From the NCBI GenBank assembly GCA_965249485.1, contig OZ252239.1, forward strand, positions 2,944,001 to 3,008,000: DNA of 64,000 nt, given 5' to 3'. The stretch is from a bacterium (GTDB lineage Bacteria; SM23-31). Positions within the stretch are counted from its first letter, which is position 1. The number at the start of each line of letters is the position of its first letter. The notes beneath the pieces are model-generated. The model worked only from the letters and a program-made list of their open reading frames with translations. It was not told the origin of the DNA and did not search any database. The translations under genes and the position numbers were made by a program. This document shows positions 50,503 through 61,060 of the stretch, piece by piece.

Positions 50503-51888
50503 TTACAATGTGCTCATAAGAGCCGGATCAAGCTCATCTTTTGATTTATATTCATTAAGTTTATTCCGGAGCGTTCTCACACTGATACCAAGGGTATCTG
50601 CCGTCTTTGTACGGTTATTTTCAAGGGTTCTCAGCGTTTTGAATATAAGCTGTTTTTCCATTTCATACAGTGTCAGGTTCGTATCTTCAGAGACATACGA
50701 TTTGAAATAGTCAAAGTTATCATCTTCAAAAACAAAATTCTTCGGCTCTAAAATGTCACTGCGGGACATGATGACTGCACGCTCAATTCTGTTTTCCAAC
50801 TCACGGACATTGCCTGGCCAGTCGAGTCGCATTAGCAGGTCCATCCCCTCTTCAGAAATACCCGCTATTTCTCTGGTGTGCTCTATGTTGTATTTGCTAA
50901 TAAAATGATCAGCAAGCAGTGGAATATCTTTCTTCCGTTCTTTCAATGACGGCAGTGTGATCGGAATAACATTCAACCGATAATAGAGATCCTCATGAAA
51001 CGATCCATTGCTGATTTCTTCTTTGATTTCCCTGTTTGTTGTGGCTATAATCCGTACATCGACACTAATGCTTGCATGATCACCGACACGTTCAAATTCT
51101 TTCTCCTGCAACACTCGAAGAAGCATTGCCTGGAGCGGAGGACTCATTTCGCTGACTTCGTCTAAAAGCAGCGTTCCACCGTCCGCCGCTTCGAACCGCC
51201 CTTTTCTTGTTTTAATAGCGCCAGTAAATGCGCCCTTTTCATGACCAAACAACTCGCTTTCCATAATACCTTCCGGCAAAGCCGCACAATTTGTTTTAAT
51301 AAACGACTGTCCGTTTCTTGGACTATTAAAATGTATCGCTCGCGCAACAAGCTCTTTACCGGTTCCGCTCGGTCCTTGAATAAAAACCGTTGCTGAACTC
51401 TTTGCTACTGATTCCAGAATCTCAAAGATTTTTTTCATCCTTGTGCTTTTACCGACAATCTGATCAAAACCGTAAATACCGTCAATTTCTTTCCGCAAGT
51501 GGCGATTTTCTTCCTCTAATTTTATAAATTTAAATATTTTCTGTACTGCTATCTCTATAGCATCTGCGGAAAATGGCTTTGTTATATAATCAAATGCACC
51601 AATTTTCATCGCTTCAACTGCGTTATCTATTGTTCCGTAAGCGGTCATCATAACGACAGACGTATCCGGCTTTGCAGCTTTTACATGCTTCAACACATCC
51701 ATCCCATTGATATCAGGCATCCTGATGTCTGATATCACCAGATCAAAATTTCCATTGTTGAATTCTTCTATACCCGATTTACCATTAGGAGCAGTCGCCA
51801 GTTCGAAATCCATTCTCGACAAAGTCTCCTCCAAAAAATCCCGGATTAATGAATCATCATCGATAATGAGTATTTTCTTTCTTTCCAT
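50503..51888 (-). CDS. sigma54-dependent response regulator (REC-AAA+-HTH, NtrC/FlrC/FlgR type)
   Basis: REC (DIRMP), GPSGTGKE, ESELFGHEKGAFTGA, WPGNVRELEN, LGISVRTLRNKL. Confidence 0.95.
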   Translation of the reverse strand: MERKKILIIDDDSLIRDFLEETLSRMDFELATAPNGKSGIEEFNNGNFDLVISDIRMPDINGMDVLKHVKAAKPDTSVVMMTAYGTIDNAVEAMKIGAFDYITKPFSADAIEIAVQKIFKFIKLEEENRHLRKEIDGIYGFDQIVGKSTRMKKIFEILESVAKSSATVFIQGPSGTGKELVARAIHFNSPRNGQSFIKTNCAALPEGIMESELFGHEKGAFTGAIKTRKGRFEAADGGTLLLDEVSEMSPPLQAMLLRVLQEKEFERVGDHASISVDVRIIATTNREIKEEISNGSFHEDLYYRLNVIPITLPSLKERKKDIPLLADHFISKYNIEHTREIAGISEEGMDLLMRLDWPGNVRELENRIERAVIMSRSDILEPKNFVFEDDNFDYFKSYVSEDTNLTLYEMEKQLIFKTLRTLENNRTKTADTLGISVRTLRNKLNEYKSKDELDPALMSTL

Positions 51889-51908
51889 GCACATTCCCTA
51901 TTAGATTT

Positions 51909-53189
51909 TTACATTGGCAAGCATATGCTAAATGTGGAACCGCCTTGCTTATTATTTTCAACAGATATGGTACCTTCGTGTGTGTCAATTATTTTTTTTA
52001 CAATCGACAATCCCAATCCTGTTCCGTCAGCTTTCGTTGTGAAAAACGGAAGAAAAAGCTTCTTCTTATCGTCATCCGGAATTCCGCTGCCAGTATCTCT
52101 AACGTATAATTCCATATGATCTGCATTCTTTTTATGTTTTATGCCGACAGTCATTTTTCCGTTATATGACATCGCCTGTACCGCATTCTTTAAAATATTT
52201 AACAAGACCTGCTCCAGGAGTTCCGGATCGATCGGAACATTCAGCGATTTATTCTTAAATTCTTTTACTATTTCAACGTTACTCTCGTCCTGTTCCAATT
52301 CAACCTGAACCAAAGCAAGAACATTATCAACAACCTGGATAATATCTTCTGGACGCTTTTTCGGACGCATCGGCCGCGTATAGACAAGAAGGTTCGTTGC
52401 TGTTTTATTAATCCGCGAAACACCTTCAATAATTTTCTGGACTAATTTTCTTCTGGGGTCTTCTCTGTCCAGGTCTCTGTCTAACAGAGCAGCGAATCCT
52501 CCGATACCACCCAACGGGTTTCGCAGTTCATGTGCTACATGTCCCGCCATTTCTCCCAGTGCTGCAAGTGTACGGGACTGTTGCACTTCTTCTTGAAGTT
52601 TTTTCATATCGCGAAGATCGCTGAAAATCTCCACAACACCAAGTGTCTCTCCGAGCTCATTTGTTACAAGAGATGTGCTGTATTCTACAGGTATTGGTTT
52701 ATTCTTCCTCGAAAAAATCTCTTTTTCCCTGTTACGTCTGTCTCTGCCTTCATGCAGGGTATATAAAGGTGTTTCATCAATCGGTACTTTCTTACCAAGG
52801 GTATCTGCGTACGGTTTGCCGACCATAGATAAAGGTGTGAATCCCGTTATTTCTGATGCAGCTTGATTGAATATCGATATAGTGCCCTCAAGATTCAGCA
52901 CCACAACTCCGAGAGACATGCTTTCGAGAATATTTTCAAGATGGTTTTTAATGGTATCCATCTTTTGCAGATTTAAATCCAGCTCATCGTTCTTTTTCGT
53001 AAGTTCGAGATCCATGACGGAGAGCTGCTCCTGCAGTTTGTCGTACGATTCCCGCAGGCGGTCTGTGTGCTCTGCAAAATATTCGAAAGCCTGGATAAGT
53101 GAGGAAATTTCCTCATTACTTACAGGCTTATCTGTATTATGATCATTTTGAGATACTGCGGATTGGGAGTTTTCTTGATTTTTACCCAT
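51909..53189 (-). CDS. Cytoplasmic PAS sensor histidine kinase (FlrB/FlgS type)
   Basis: Coiled coil, PAS, AHELRNPLG, NAVQA, DTGSGI, PFFTTK..GTGLGL; no TM; start set at MGKNQ. Confidence 0.92.
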   Translation of the reverse strand: MGKNQENSQSAVSQNDHNTDKPVSNEEISSLIQAFEYFAEHTDRLRESYDKLQEQLSVMDLELTKKNDELDLNLQKMDTIKNHLENILESMSLGVVVLNLEGTISIFNQAASEITGFTPLSMVGKPYADTLGKKVPIDETPLYTLHEGRDRRNREKEIFSRKNKPIPVEYSTSLVTNELGETLGVVEIFSDLRDMKKLQEEVQQSRTLAALGEMAGHVAHELRNPLGGIGGFAALLDRDLDREDPRRKLVQKIIEGVSRINKTATNLLVYTRPMRPKKRPEDIIQVVDNVLALVQVELEQDESNVEIVKEFKNKSLNVPIDPELLEQVLLNILKNAVQAMSYNGKMTVGIKHKKNADHMELYVRDTGSGIPDDDKKKLFLPFFTTKADGTGLGLSIVKKIIDTHEGTISVENNKQGGSTFSICLPM

Positions 53190-53405
53190 GCAGAAAAGTG
53201 TTGAAATAGTTTCTCGCCCAAATTTGAGTATAAAGTTATCATTGAATTCGGGCAAAGTCAAGCTAAAAGAGTGTTTTTACTCTGTTCTTCAAATCTTTTA
53301 TAAAGAATAATTTCTGAATAATGAGATACATATTGCCATTGATAATTATTAAAATAATTGATAATTTGCATAGCTTTTTTATGTATAACTATATCCGAGT
53401 TACCG

Positions 53406-54824
53406 ATGCCTGAACCTATTGTATTCGATGAAAATGGATATCTAGTATTTAAAATTAACTGGAAACGACTACTCAAAGTTTTCATAGTCCTTTTCCTCTC
53501 TATTTCATCATATTTCCTCCCGATTCCTGAACTTACTGAAGCATCCAGATTGTGTCTTATGATATTTATCGGAGCTGCGGGACTTTGGATTACCGAAGCT
53601 ATTCCGCCATTTGCAACTGGCATTATGGTTATCGTACTAAACGTATACCTTCTCGGAAGACCCGAAGGACCTCTGAATTTTGCACTGACAGGTACTGATA
53701 GTTATCAGGTATTTTTGAACCCGATAGCAAGTCCAGTTATTGTGCTTTTCTTTGGTGGATTTATTCTTGCAATTGCGGCAACAAAGCATGGACTGGATGT
53801 CAGACTTGCCAAAGCGTTCATCAAGCCGTTCGGAACGCATCCCCGCATGGTATTACTCGGCATTATTTCAACCACTGCCCTCTTTTCAATGTTTATGTCG
53901 AACACAGCCACCACTGCAATGATGATCGCAATTTTGCATCCCCTTTTTAAGCATTTCAAGAGCAGGACACCATTTAAGCGGGCACTTGTCTTATCGGTAC
54001 CGTTTGCTGCAAATATCGGAGGCATCGGAACAATTATAGGGACGCCGCCGAATGCTGTTGCAGCTAGTATCCTGGCAGGAATGGGAAATTCAATATCATT
54101 TACAAAATGGATGATTATTGCAGTCCCGTTCGTTATCCTACTAGAGTTGATACTCTGGCTGATCCTTATTGCAGTTTTTAAACCACGAAAAGAACATTTT
54201 GAAATCTTATTTCCGGATAACTTACAACTGACATGGGACCTTGTTGTCGTAGTTGCGACATTCTCTTTGACTATACTGCTTTGGCTGACTGAACCACTTC
54301 ACCATATTCCTTCGGCAGTTACCGCACTTCTTCCTATCATGATCTTTACCATGTCAGGTATTATTGATAGAAAAGATTTAAAATTAATTGATTGGGATGT
54401 AATAATATTAGTTGCGGGCGGATTGACTCTCGGTGTATCAATGAGCCGATCGGGATTGTCAGAATTTTTGGTAAGTCAAATGTCATTTTTACCCATGACC
54501 CCCTTAATTATTATAGGTGCATTTGTTGTATTGTCACTCGTTCTCTCGAATTTCATGAGTAACACTGCGGCTGCAAACCTCATAATACCTATAATTGTTT
54601 CATTCGCAATGATAGATCCTCGTCTCGGCGCCATAGCTGTCGCATTTGCCTGCTCATTTGCTATGAGTCTTCCGGTCAGTACCCCTCCTAACACCATTGC
54701 ATTTGCTACGAGGGAAATAACCACAAAAGAAATGGCGCAATATGGAACACTCATGTCAATGATTGGAATGCTGATAATTTTGGGAGGACTTGTCATTCTA
54801 AACAATTATTTCAATATTCTTTAA
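53406..54824 (+). CDS. DASS/SLC13 family anion:sodium symporter
   Basis: WITEAIP, SMFMSNTAT, GTIIGTPPNA, SNFMSNTAA, PVSTPPN; start set at MPEPI. Confidence 0.92.
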   Translation: MPEPIVFDENGYLVFKINWKRLLKVFIVLFLSISSYFLPIPELTEASRLCLMIFIGAAGLWITEAIPPFATGIMVIVLNVYLLGRPEGPLNFALTGTDSYQVFLNPIASPVIVLFFGGFILAIAATKHGLDVRLAKAFIKPFGTHPRMVLLGIISTTALFSMFMSNTATTAMMIAILHPLFKHFKSRTPFKRALVLSVPFAANIGGIGTIIGTPPNAVAASILAGMGNSISFTKWMIIAVPFVILLELILWLILIAVFKPRKEHFEILFPDNLQLTWDLVVVVATFSLTILLWLTEPLHHIPSAVTALLPIMIFTMSGIIDRKDLKLIDWDVIILVAGGLTLGVSMSRSGLSEFLVSQMSFLPMTPLIIIGAFVVLSLVLSNFMSNTAAANLIIPIIVSFAMIDPRLGAIAVAFACSFAMSLPVSTPPNTIAFATREITTKEMAQYGTLMSMIGMLIILGGLVILNNYFNIL

Positions 54825-55129
54825 ATTTTAGTTATAAATAATTCCTTGCAATAACGGTGTATTATCACAGATTCACAGAACTTGTAAATTTTTAAAAAAT
54901 GTCCAAAATATTTATTAATATCCAAATATTCAATCGTTAATACAATTTTTAAATTTTCATTTCAAATTATTACAAATCACTAAAAATCACTTGATTTTAA
55001 TTTTTTAATGTACTTATTTTAGCGATTAACTCAATATAAAAATCTCCTGAATCTAAATTCGATCCTTACTGACTTCATATTATTATTTGAGTTATACGAT
55101 CAATTATTTATAATTATGAAGGGCTTATA

Positions 55130-55316
55130 ATGGCGGTTGATTCTGTCCCCATAGGAGCTAGACCGGCACCGAGCGCACCCGCAACACGAACAAGGTTGCC
55201 ACGGGCACAAAAGCAGGTTCATACCGGAGCTTCGATTCGGAGAAGCCCTGTTGTAAATACAAAATCAACATTACCGACATCGGGTAATGGGTAATAAGGT
55301 AAATATTCTCGCTTGA
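55130..55316 (+). pseudogene. Small P/A/R-rich ORF (54 aa to TAA 55294); a 1-nt shift would end it with GNKVNILA
   Basis: GAAGGG RBS; MAVDSVPIGARPAP...; overlapping frame MGNKVNILA* ends at 55316; GC-richer than the flanks. Confidence 0.4.
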
Positions 55317-55490
55317 AAGTTAATTCTGGTACATCTTGACTGCGTCTGATTGGTTTAATTCAGGCTTGATTAACACAATTATCTTGCGACTTATCCTCTT
55401 AAAAAATTACCAATTCTGTGAAATAGAAATTTCTTACCGTTTCAAATAATTATTGACGAATTTCCCATTCTCTCTACCCTTAAGTATTGT

Positions 55491-56966
55491 TCACTTTCTG
55501 TTATTCCTTGCAGGAAATCCCAAAATTCCTATTCTATCTTTATAGTCAAATCTATTGCCTTCGATATCGGTCAAATCCATAGCAGGTGTTTTCCCGGAAG
55601 TCGCATAGGTGACTCCTATGAGGACGAGCAAACCAATTACCACTGCAACTAATTCTGCCGGATACGTCGACTGAGAAAAATCCAGAACCAACCAGCTCAC
55701 AACACCGGTTACGATACTTGCAATTGCAGCAGGTGTATTCGTTTTTTTCCAGTAAATTGCTGCTGTCATTGGACCTATAAGACCGACAAATAAAATTGAA
55801 AATGATTTGACCATAAGTTGGTAAACATTTTGAAAATAGAGAGCAGTCATTAAGCTTAATATCCCTATAACCACTATGGACCAGCGAATCGACCACAATA
55901 ACCGCTTTTCAGTCATGTCTGGCCTGATTAACTTAAGAATGTTCTGACCGAATATCGAAGCGGGCGCTAAGATGCCGCCGTCGGCAGAACTCATCAATGC
56001 AGAAAACAATGCACCTACAAAAATAGCCATTGCAGCCGGAGGAAGATATTTTATGCCGAGCGCTGGAAGGACAAATTCCGGATCCGACAACTCAGGTAAA
56101 AGCACAGAACCTGCAATCCCCAACATAACGGGAATCATTGCAATGGTAAGATAGAGAAATGTAGAAATGTACATACTCCACTGAGCTACACGTTCATCTC
56201 TGGAACTGAATGCACGTTGAAGCAAATCCTGAGAGGCAATATTTCCTAAACCAATGACGAGTATACCCTGTGAAAACCAAAGCCAATCTAATAAGGAATT
56301 GTCCGGCAAAACGGTAAAAAAACTTTCCGGTACATTGATTTGCAGAGCACTGAGCCCCCCGACCTCATTCATCACCACCGGATATAATATCAATAGCCCG
56401 ACAATTATCACTAAAGCCTGAATGAAATCTGTCAAGGTAACAGCCCACATACCACCAGCAAAAGTATAAACCAACGTGACTACAGCACTAATACTTATAG
56501 CAAGCGTTGTGTCCATTCCTGTTATGGTGTGCAGAACATACCCAAAAGCCACAAATATTGATGCAACCCAGCCTATGTATGCCGGAATTATACAAGCAGC
56601 GCATAAGATTTCAGACCATTTTCCAAAACGGCGGCGGAATAAATCAGGTAGTGTAAATAGACGTAACCTACGGAGAATCCGTACATAAAACAAACCTGAG
56701 AGAAACAGACATATTGCCGAGCCAAACGGATTCGCCAATACACCAGGCAGTCCTTTACTATATGCAGCACCAGCAGCACCTATCAATGTCCCTGATCCAA
56801 ACCAGGTGGCAAAAACGGTAAATACGCACAACCAAAGTGGTAGCCTTCGTCCAGCAATTATGAAATCGGAACTGTTTTTTATATTTCTACTCGCATACAA
56901 TCCTACGAATATGAGAATTCCGACATAAACAATAGAACCAATTAAAATAATTTCCGTCGTACTCAC
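55491..56966 (-). CDS. Sodium:solute symporter (SSS) family protein
   Basis: DFIIAGRRLP, FATWFG, GGMWAVTLTDFIQ, QDLLQR, SALMSSAD. Confidence 0.92.
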   Translation of the reverse strand: MSTTEIILIGSIVYVGILIFVGLYASRNIKNSSDFIIAGRRLPLWLCVFTVFATWFGSGTLIGAAGAAYSKGLPGVLANPFGSAICLFLSGLFYVRILRRLRLFTLPDLFRRRFGKWSEILCAACIIPAYIGWVASIFVAFGYVLHTITGMDTTLAISISAVVTLVYTFAGGMWAVTLTDFIQALVIIVGLLILYPVVMNEVGGLSALQINVPESFFTVLPDNSLLDWLWFSQGILVIGLGNIASQDLLQRAFSSRDERVAQWSMYISTFLYLTIAMIPVMLGIAGSVLLPELSDPEFVLPALGIKYLPPAAMAIFVGALFSALMSSADGGILAPASIFGQNILKLIRPDMTEKRLLWSIRWSIVVIGILSLMTALYFQNVYQLMVKSFSILFVGLIGPMTAAIYWKKTNTPAAIASIVTGVVSWLVLDFSQSTYPAELVAVVIGLLVLIGVTYATSGKTPAMDLTDIEGNRFDYKDRIGILGFPARNNRK

Positions 56967-57137
56967 GAATTGCTCCTTTCCGGATTAGGTTGCTAATTTC
57001 GCTTCATATTATCGCAGGACTGCCAGATGAAATTTTACTTTCTCTACTTTATTCAATTCTGCACACAATTGAAAAAACATCTTATTGTCAATTACAATTA
57101 TTATGTTTTCAACAATACACAAACGGCAGTAAATGTC

Positions 57138-58110
57138 TTACTTATCTACAGGTTTTTTCCGTTCCCATGGCTTCCAGTCTATACCACGCACATATTTCTG
57201 CATCCATTTAATTTCCTCGATGTTGAGAATACGTTCTAACCGGGGTTCACTGACGCCATGTCCCTGGCGTGGCAATTTAATGTACTTGACGGGAGCATTT
57301 CCAATATCCTTAATTGCGGTAAAATACATAAGGCTCTGTCCAACACTGCTTGTTTGATCATTGCCGCCATGCAGAAGTAATGTTGCAGTAGTGACGTTTT
57401 CAACATGAGTGATCGCTGGATTGTTTTACCCATTCTTTTGAATTTGTCCACGGTTTTTCTCCGATATACCAAAGTCCTACGTCAAAACTAAAACCGGGTC
57501 CGATTTCGCCATCCCAATTTAAAACACCGGCACCCACAGATGCGGCCTTGAAGCGCTGTGTTTGAGTTATCGTATAACCGCTGCTGACCCCTCCCCAACT
57601 CCAACCATGTATACCGAGCTGATCCGGATCAATATACCCTAAATTGATGACATGGTCAACACCATTCATCAAATCATAATATTCTCAGTTGTCAACCTTC
57701 CCTATAAGTCCGATCAATATTTCATTGCCATAGCCGCTGCTCCCCCTGACATTCGGTCCGAAGACTTCATATCCAAAACCGGTATATATATGGAAACCTG
57801 TCCTGAACCGGTTGGAAAAATATCCAGAGGGTCCTCCATGAACAAATAAAACAAGGGGAATTTTAGCTCCTTCCCGATAATCTCCAGGCAGATAAAACAC
57901 TCATTCAATCTCCATTCCCCCCTTGCTTTTCCAGCGTAACGTTTCCGCTTTTCCCAATCTTATTTCTTCCTTGATCCAGGGATTTGCATTCGTTAATTGA
58001 ACCGGGTTAAAATTATCTACCGAAGATACATAAATATCATCAGGCGTATTAAAATCGCTGTACGAATAGACCATTTTAGTGCGGTCTTTTGAAAAACTGA
58101 GAGCCCTGTA
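57138..58110 (-). pseudogene. S9 (prolyl oligopeptidase-family) peptidase remnant, 5'-truncated, with an in-frame TGA and several frameshifts
   Basis: Fragments: RWKSKGGMEIE*VFYLP, VHGGP, PNVRGSSGYG, GWSWGG nucleophile, PRQGHG. Confidence 0.85.
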
Positions 58111-58473
58111 TGACGATTAAATAACTGAAGTACAATTGCTGTCACCTACGGTGCCAACACACACCCCAGGAAGTGTCGGATACATGCCGTTTGTTTATTT
58201 CCGTTATATGTTCGGTTTTTATGATTATAAAGAGAGCACTGTGGTATGTATATATTGATAACTCTCTGGGCAGTACGATTTGAGAACTATTCTATTTGAA
58301 TTATTAATATCCTTACTCAAAATATTGTTTTATATTTGTTCATCAAGTATCTATTGTTATATTAGTGAAGTAATTCAGTAAAAATTAAAATACTCCTCAT
58401 CAAGTGCTCAAAGTAGAAATTATCAAACTCAATAATCATTCGTAGTATAATTTAATATAGGAGGTAACTAATA

Positions 58474-59856
58474 ATGTTACGAAAATTACAATTAGTTATG
58501 TTTGTCGTTTTGGCGAGTTTTATTTACGGTAACGTGACCGCTCAGAATATACGGTTGAATGCAGGTCAGGATATCAGAAATATAATCCCCATGCGTGAAA
58601 GAGTACAAGTTGAGCAAAGATTCTGGGACTGGAAAAGGGAAAATCTTCTTCCTGAAATTATGCGCGAACAGGGTGTCGATTTATGGATCGTTCGCAATAA
58701 TGAAGAGCCACTTTACCGCATGACATCATACAAAGAGCACCCTGTATTTACCTCATTACTGCCTGCAAATCATGAGGGGATGGTTTTACCGAGTAAATTT
58801 GCGAAGTCGTCAATGGACGTACCTGATTTTTTATTTTATTATGATACCGGTGGTGACATCGAATACTTTGAACCCCAGAGCTATAATGAGATATCCGATC
58901 TCGTAAGAGAACGGGATCCCAAAAAGATTGCTATTAGCCGGAATGACAGCGATGACATGAAGAAGGCTCTTGGAAGCAAATATGCTTCACGAGCGATCGA
59001 TTCATGGACACTTGGCGTCAGATGGCTGGAAACAAATTCACTTGACCAGATCAATACTTACAGGTTTGTGCAAGGTTTGCATAATGACATTATTGCTATG
59101 GGATTTTCAAACGCTGTAGTGGTACCGGATATTACTACAACGGATGATCTCAATTGGTGGTTCAGGCACACATATCTTGAACTTGATATAGAAATTGAGA
59201 ACCATCCATCTGTGAGAGTACAGCGGAGACCTGAATATGTGAAATATTATGGTGATTCACCCGAGGATTTCATAAGAAACAGTGGTAATGTAGTTATACG
59301 GCGCGGTGACATTATAAGCCTTGATTCCGATATTATGGTCATGGGACTAATTACCGATTCACATCAGCATGCATATGTACTGCTAAAAGGCGAGAACGAT
59401 GTCCCGGAAGATCTTAAAGAAGCAATGCGGCTTACCAACCATATGCAGGACGAATTCAGAAAAGAATTCATTGTAGGACGAACAGGTAAAGAAATCGTTG
59501 AAGCAACCAAGTCGATTCCGAGAGATCCTCGTATCATCAGTTCAAACCTTGGTTTTCACCCACCCCCCAAGTTTATCAGAAGATTTTCTGAAAATGGCCT
59601 TATGTTCTCACGCGGATCATATGTTGCAGGACTCTCATCCGGTCCCGGTTATAAACTTCACCCCATTGTCAGCAACGAGCATAAACTGTATTACAATACC
59701 ATGTACGCTTATGAACCGCATACGCGTGTTCGAGTCCCAGGATGGGGCGAAACAGGAGTCGAATTGGGAATCGGTCAAATGACGGTGTTTACAGAAAATG
59801 GTATGGAATATCTTGACCGGCCCCAGTATTCCCCTCTCTCTACGGTAATGACTTAA
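58474..59856 (+). CDS. Secreted M24-like (Xaa-Pro aminopeptidase-type) protein
   Basis: GGAGG RBS, signal peptide, LLPEIMREQGVDLW, VIRRGDIISLD...TD....YVL..GE..VP. Confidence 0.7.
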   Translation: MLRKLQLVMFVVLASFIYGNVTAQNIRLNAGQDIRNIIPMRERVQVEQRFWDWKRENLLPEIMREQGVDLWIVRNNEEPLYRMTSYKEHPVFTSLLPANHEGMVLPSKFAKSSMDVPDFLFYYDTGGDIEYFEPQSYNEISDLVRERDPKKIAISRNDSDDMKKALGSKYASRAIDSWTLGVRWLETNSLDQINTYRFVQGLHNDIIAMGFSNAVVVPDITTTDDLNWWFRHTYLELDIEIENHPSVRVQRRPEYVKYYGDSPEDFIRNSGNVVIRRGDIISLDSDIMVMGLITDSHQHAYVLLKGENDVPEDLKEAMRLTNHMQDEFRKEFIVGRTGKEIVEATKSIPRDPRIISSNLGFHPPPKFIRRFSENGLMFSRGSYVAGLSSGPGYKLHPIVSNEHKLYYNTMYAYEPHTRVRVPGWGETGVELGIGQMTVFTENGMEYLDRPQYSPLSTVMT

Positions 59857-60200
59857 GATGGGGTGGAATATGTTGCACGACCGGACAATTCCTGGCATGT
59901 TGTAAAATAAAAAACATCTTTATTTGTACTGTCTGTATTATTTTTTCAGAAACAAAAATGTACGTGTAGGTAGATAAATGGCAACAATGTGGGACTCCTG
60001 ACCATGCTATAATGGAGTACACATAAATGAAATGGTAAGAATGAAATACTTTCACCTTAGTTTAACCAATTAAGATTGATCATTATGATTCAATGAAACT
60101 ACTTAAAATAAGTGCTTTTTGGTGGGAATAGTGGTTGGCATATCACTTATTACTAACAAAACAGGGACTCAGAATAGTATCTAAGCCCCTGTTATTACTT

Positions 60201-60250
60201 TAGTAGCGGAGACAGGATTTGAACCTGTGACCTTTGGGTTGTGAGCCCAA
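60201..60250 (-). repeat. Duplicate of the tRNA-fMet 3' part (att-like direct repeat)
   Basis: 50 bp matching 61058-61107 with 2 mismatches, one of them in the anticodon. Confidence 0.9.
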
Positions 60251-60345
60251 ATATGTTTTTCAATGCGATACACAGTTCATAGCAATATATTCTTTACTCT
60301 GTAAATGTCACTGTAATTCTCGAAAATCGGTAACAATGCCAAGTT

Positions 60346-60696
60346 TTACCTTTTTGATAGTAACTTCGCTTCCACCGACCCTCCTCTTCGCAAATTTATG
60401 AGTGTATAGGGATAATAAGGATTATCGCCGCCAAAACTCTGCACCACTCTGATTTCATCCACGTGCTGCCAGAGATGAACTTCCCACTCATCGAATGAGT
60501 CAACTTCCCACAGAGATTGATCTTCTAACAAAATAAATTTACCTCCATCTGTAAGTTGTGACACGTAATGAAGTCCTCTGTCGAAGTAATGGAAGTCGGG
60601 TTCAGAAATGTTTTTTGTTGCGGAACAGCCTGATAATACGAATACACCGGCTGCCGTTAACACCATAAGTAATCGAGTATGAATTTTGGTAACCAA
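60346..60696 (-). CDS. Hypothetical lipoprotein
   Basis: AGGAGGG RBS, TTG start, lipobox VLSG-C. Confidence 0.7.
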   Translation of the reverse strand: MVTKIHTRLLMVLTAAGVFVLSGCSATKNISEPDFHYFDRGLHYVSQLTDGGKFILLEDQSLWEVDSFDEWEVHLWQHVDEIRVVQSFGGDNPYYPYTLINLRRGGSVEAKLLSKR

Positions 60697-61060
60697 AGTA
60701 AACCCTCCTGTTTAGAAATGGGTTTGTGTTTAAAAATGTTTTGTGTGCCATAGGACCCACATTTACTTAAACATATAAAATCAATTTATTATTCCAAAAA
60801 TTTTTCACCTATTTTCACGAGGGGTTATAAATGTGATGCGTGCGTCCGGAATGATAGGGTACGTCACCAATTCTCATAAATATAAATCTAAATGAATCTG
60901 TATTAAGTTGAAATAGTATTTTCAATACATTTTGATCTGATTTTATACTAAAAGTTATTGTAGCAAAAGCGATGTTGTGAGGGAATAGTGTGTGGAATAA
61001 GACATTGTGACAATAAAAAAGGACTCAAGCATCACACCTAAGTCCTTTACTTACAAGTAG

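Noticed and set aside
28388..57903. Stop-codon reassignment or readthrough as the cause of the in-frame stops
   Set aside because: The interruptions use all three stop codons, and all three also end intact genes here; no suppressor tRNA or Sec/Pyl genes are in the window
60201..60250. Second tRNA gene with a CAC anticodon
   Set aside because: It lacks the 5' acceptor strand and D arm, so it is only a partial duplicate
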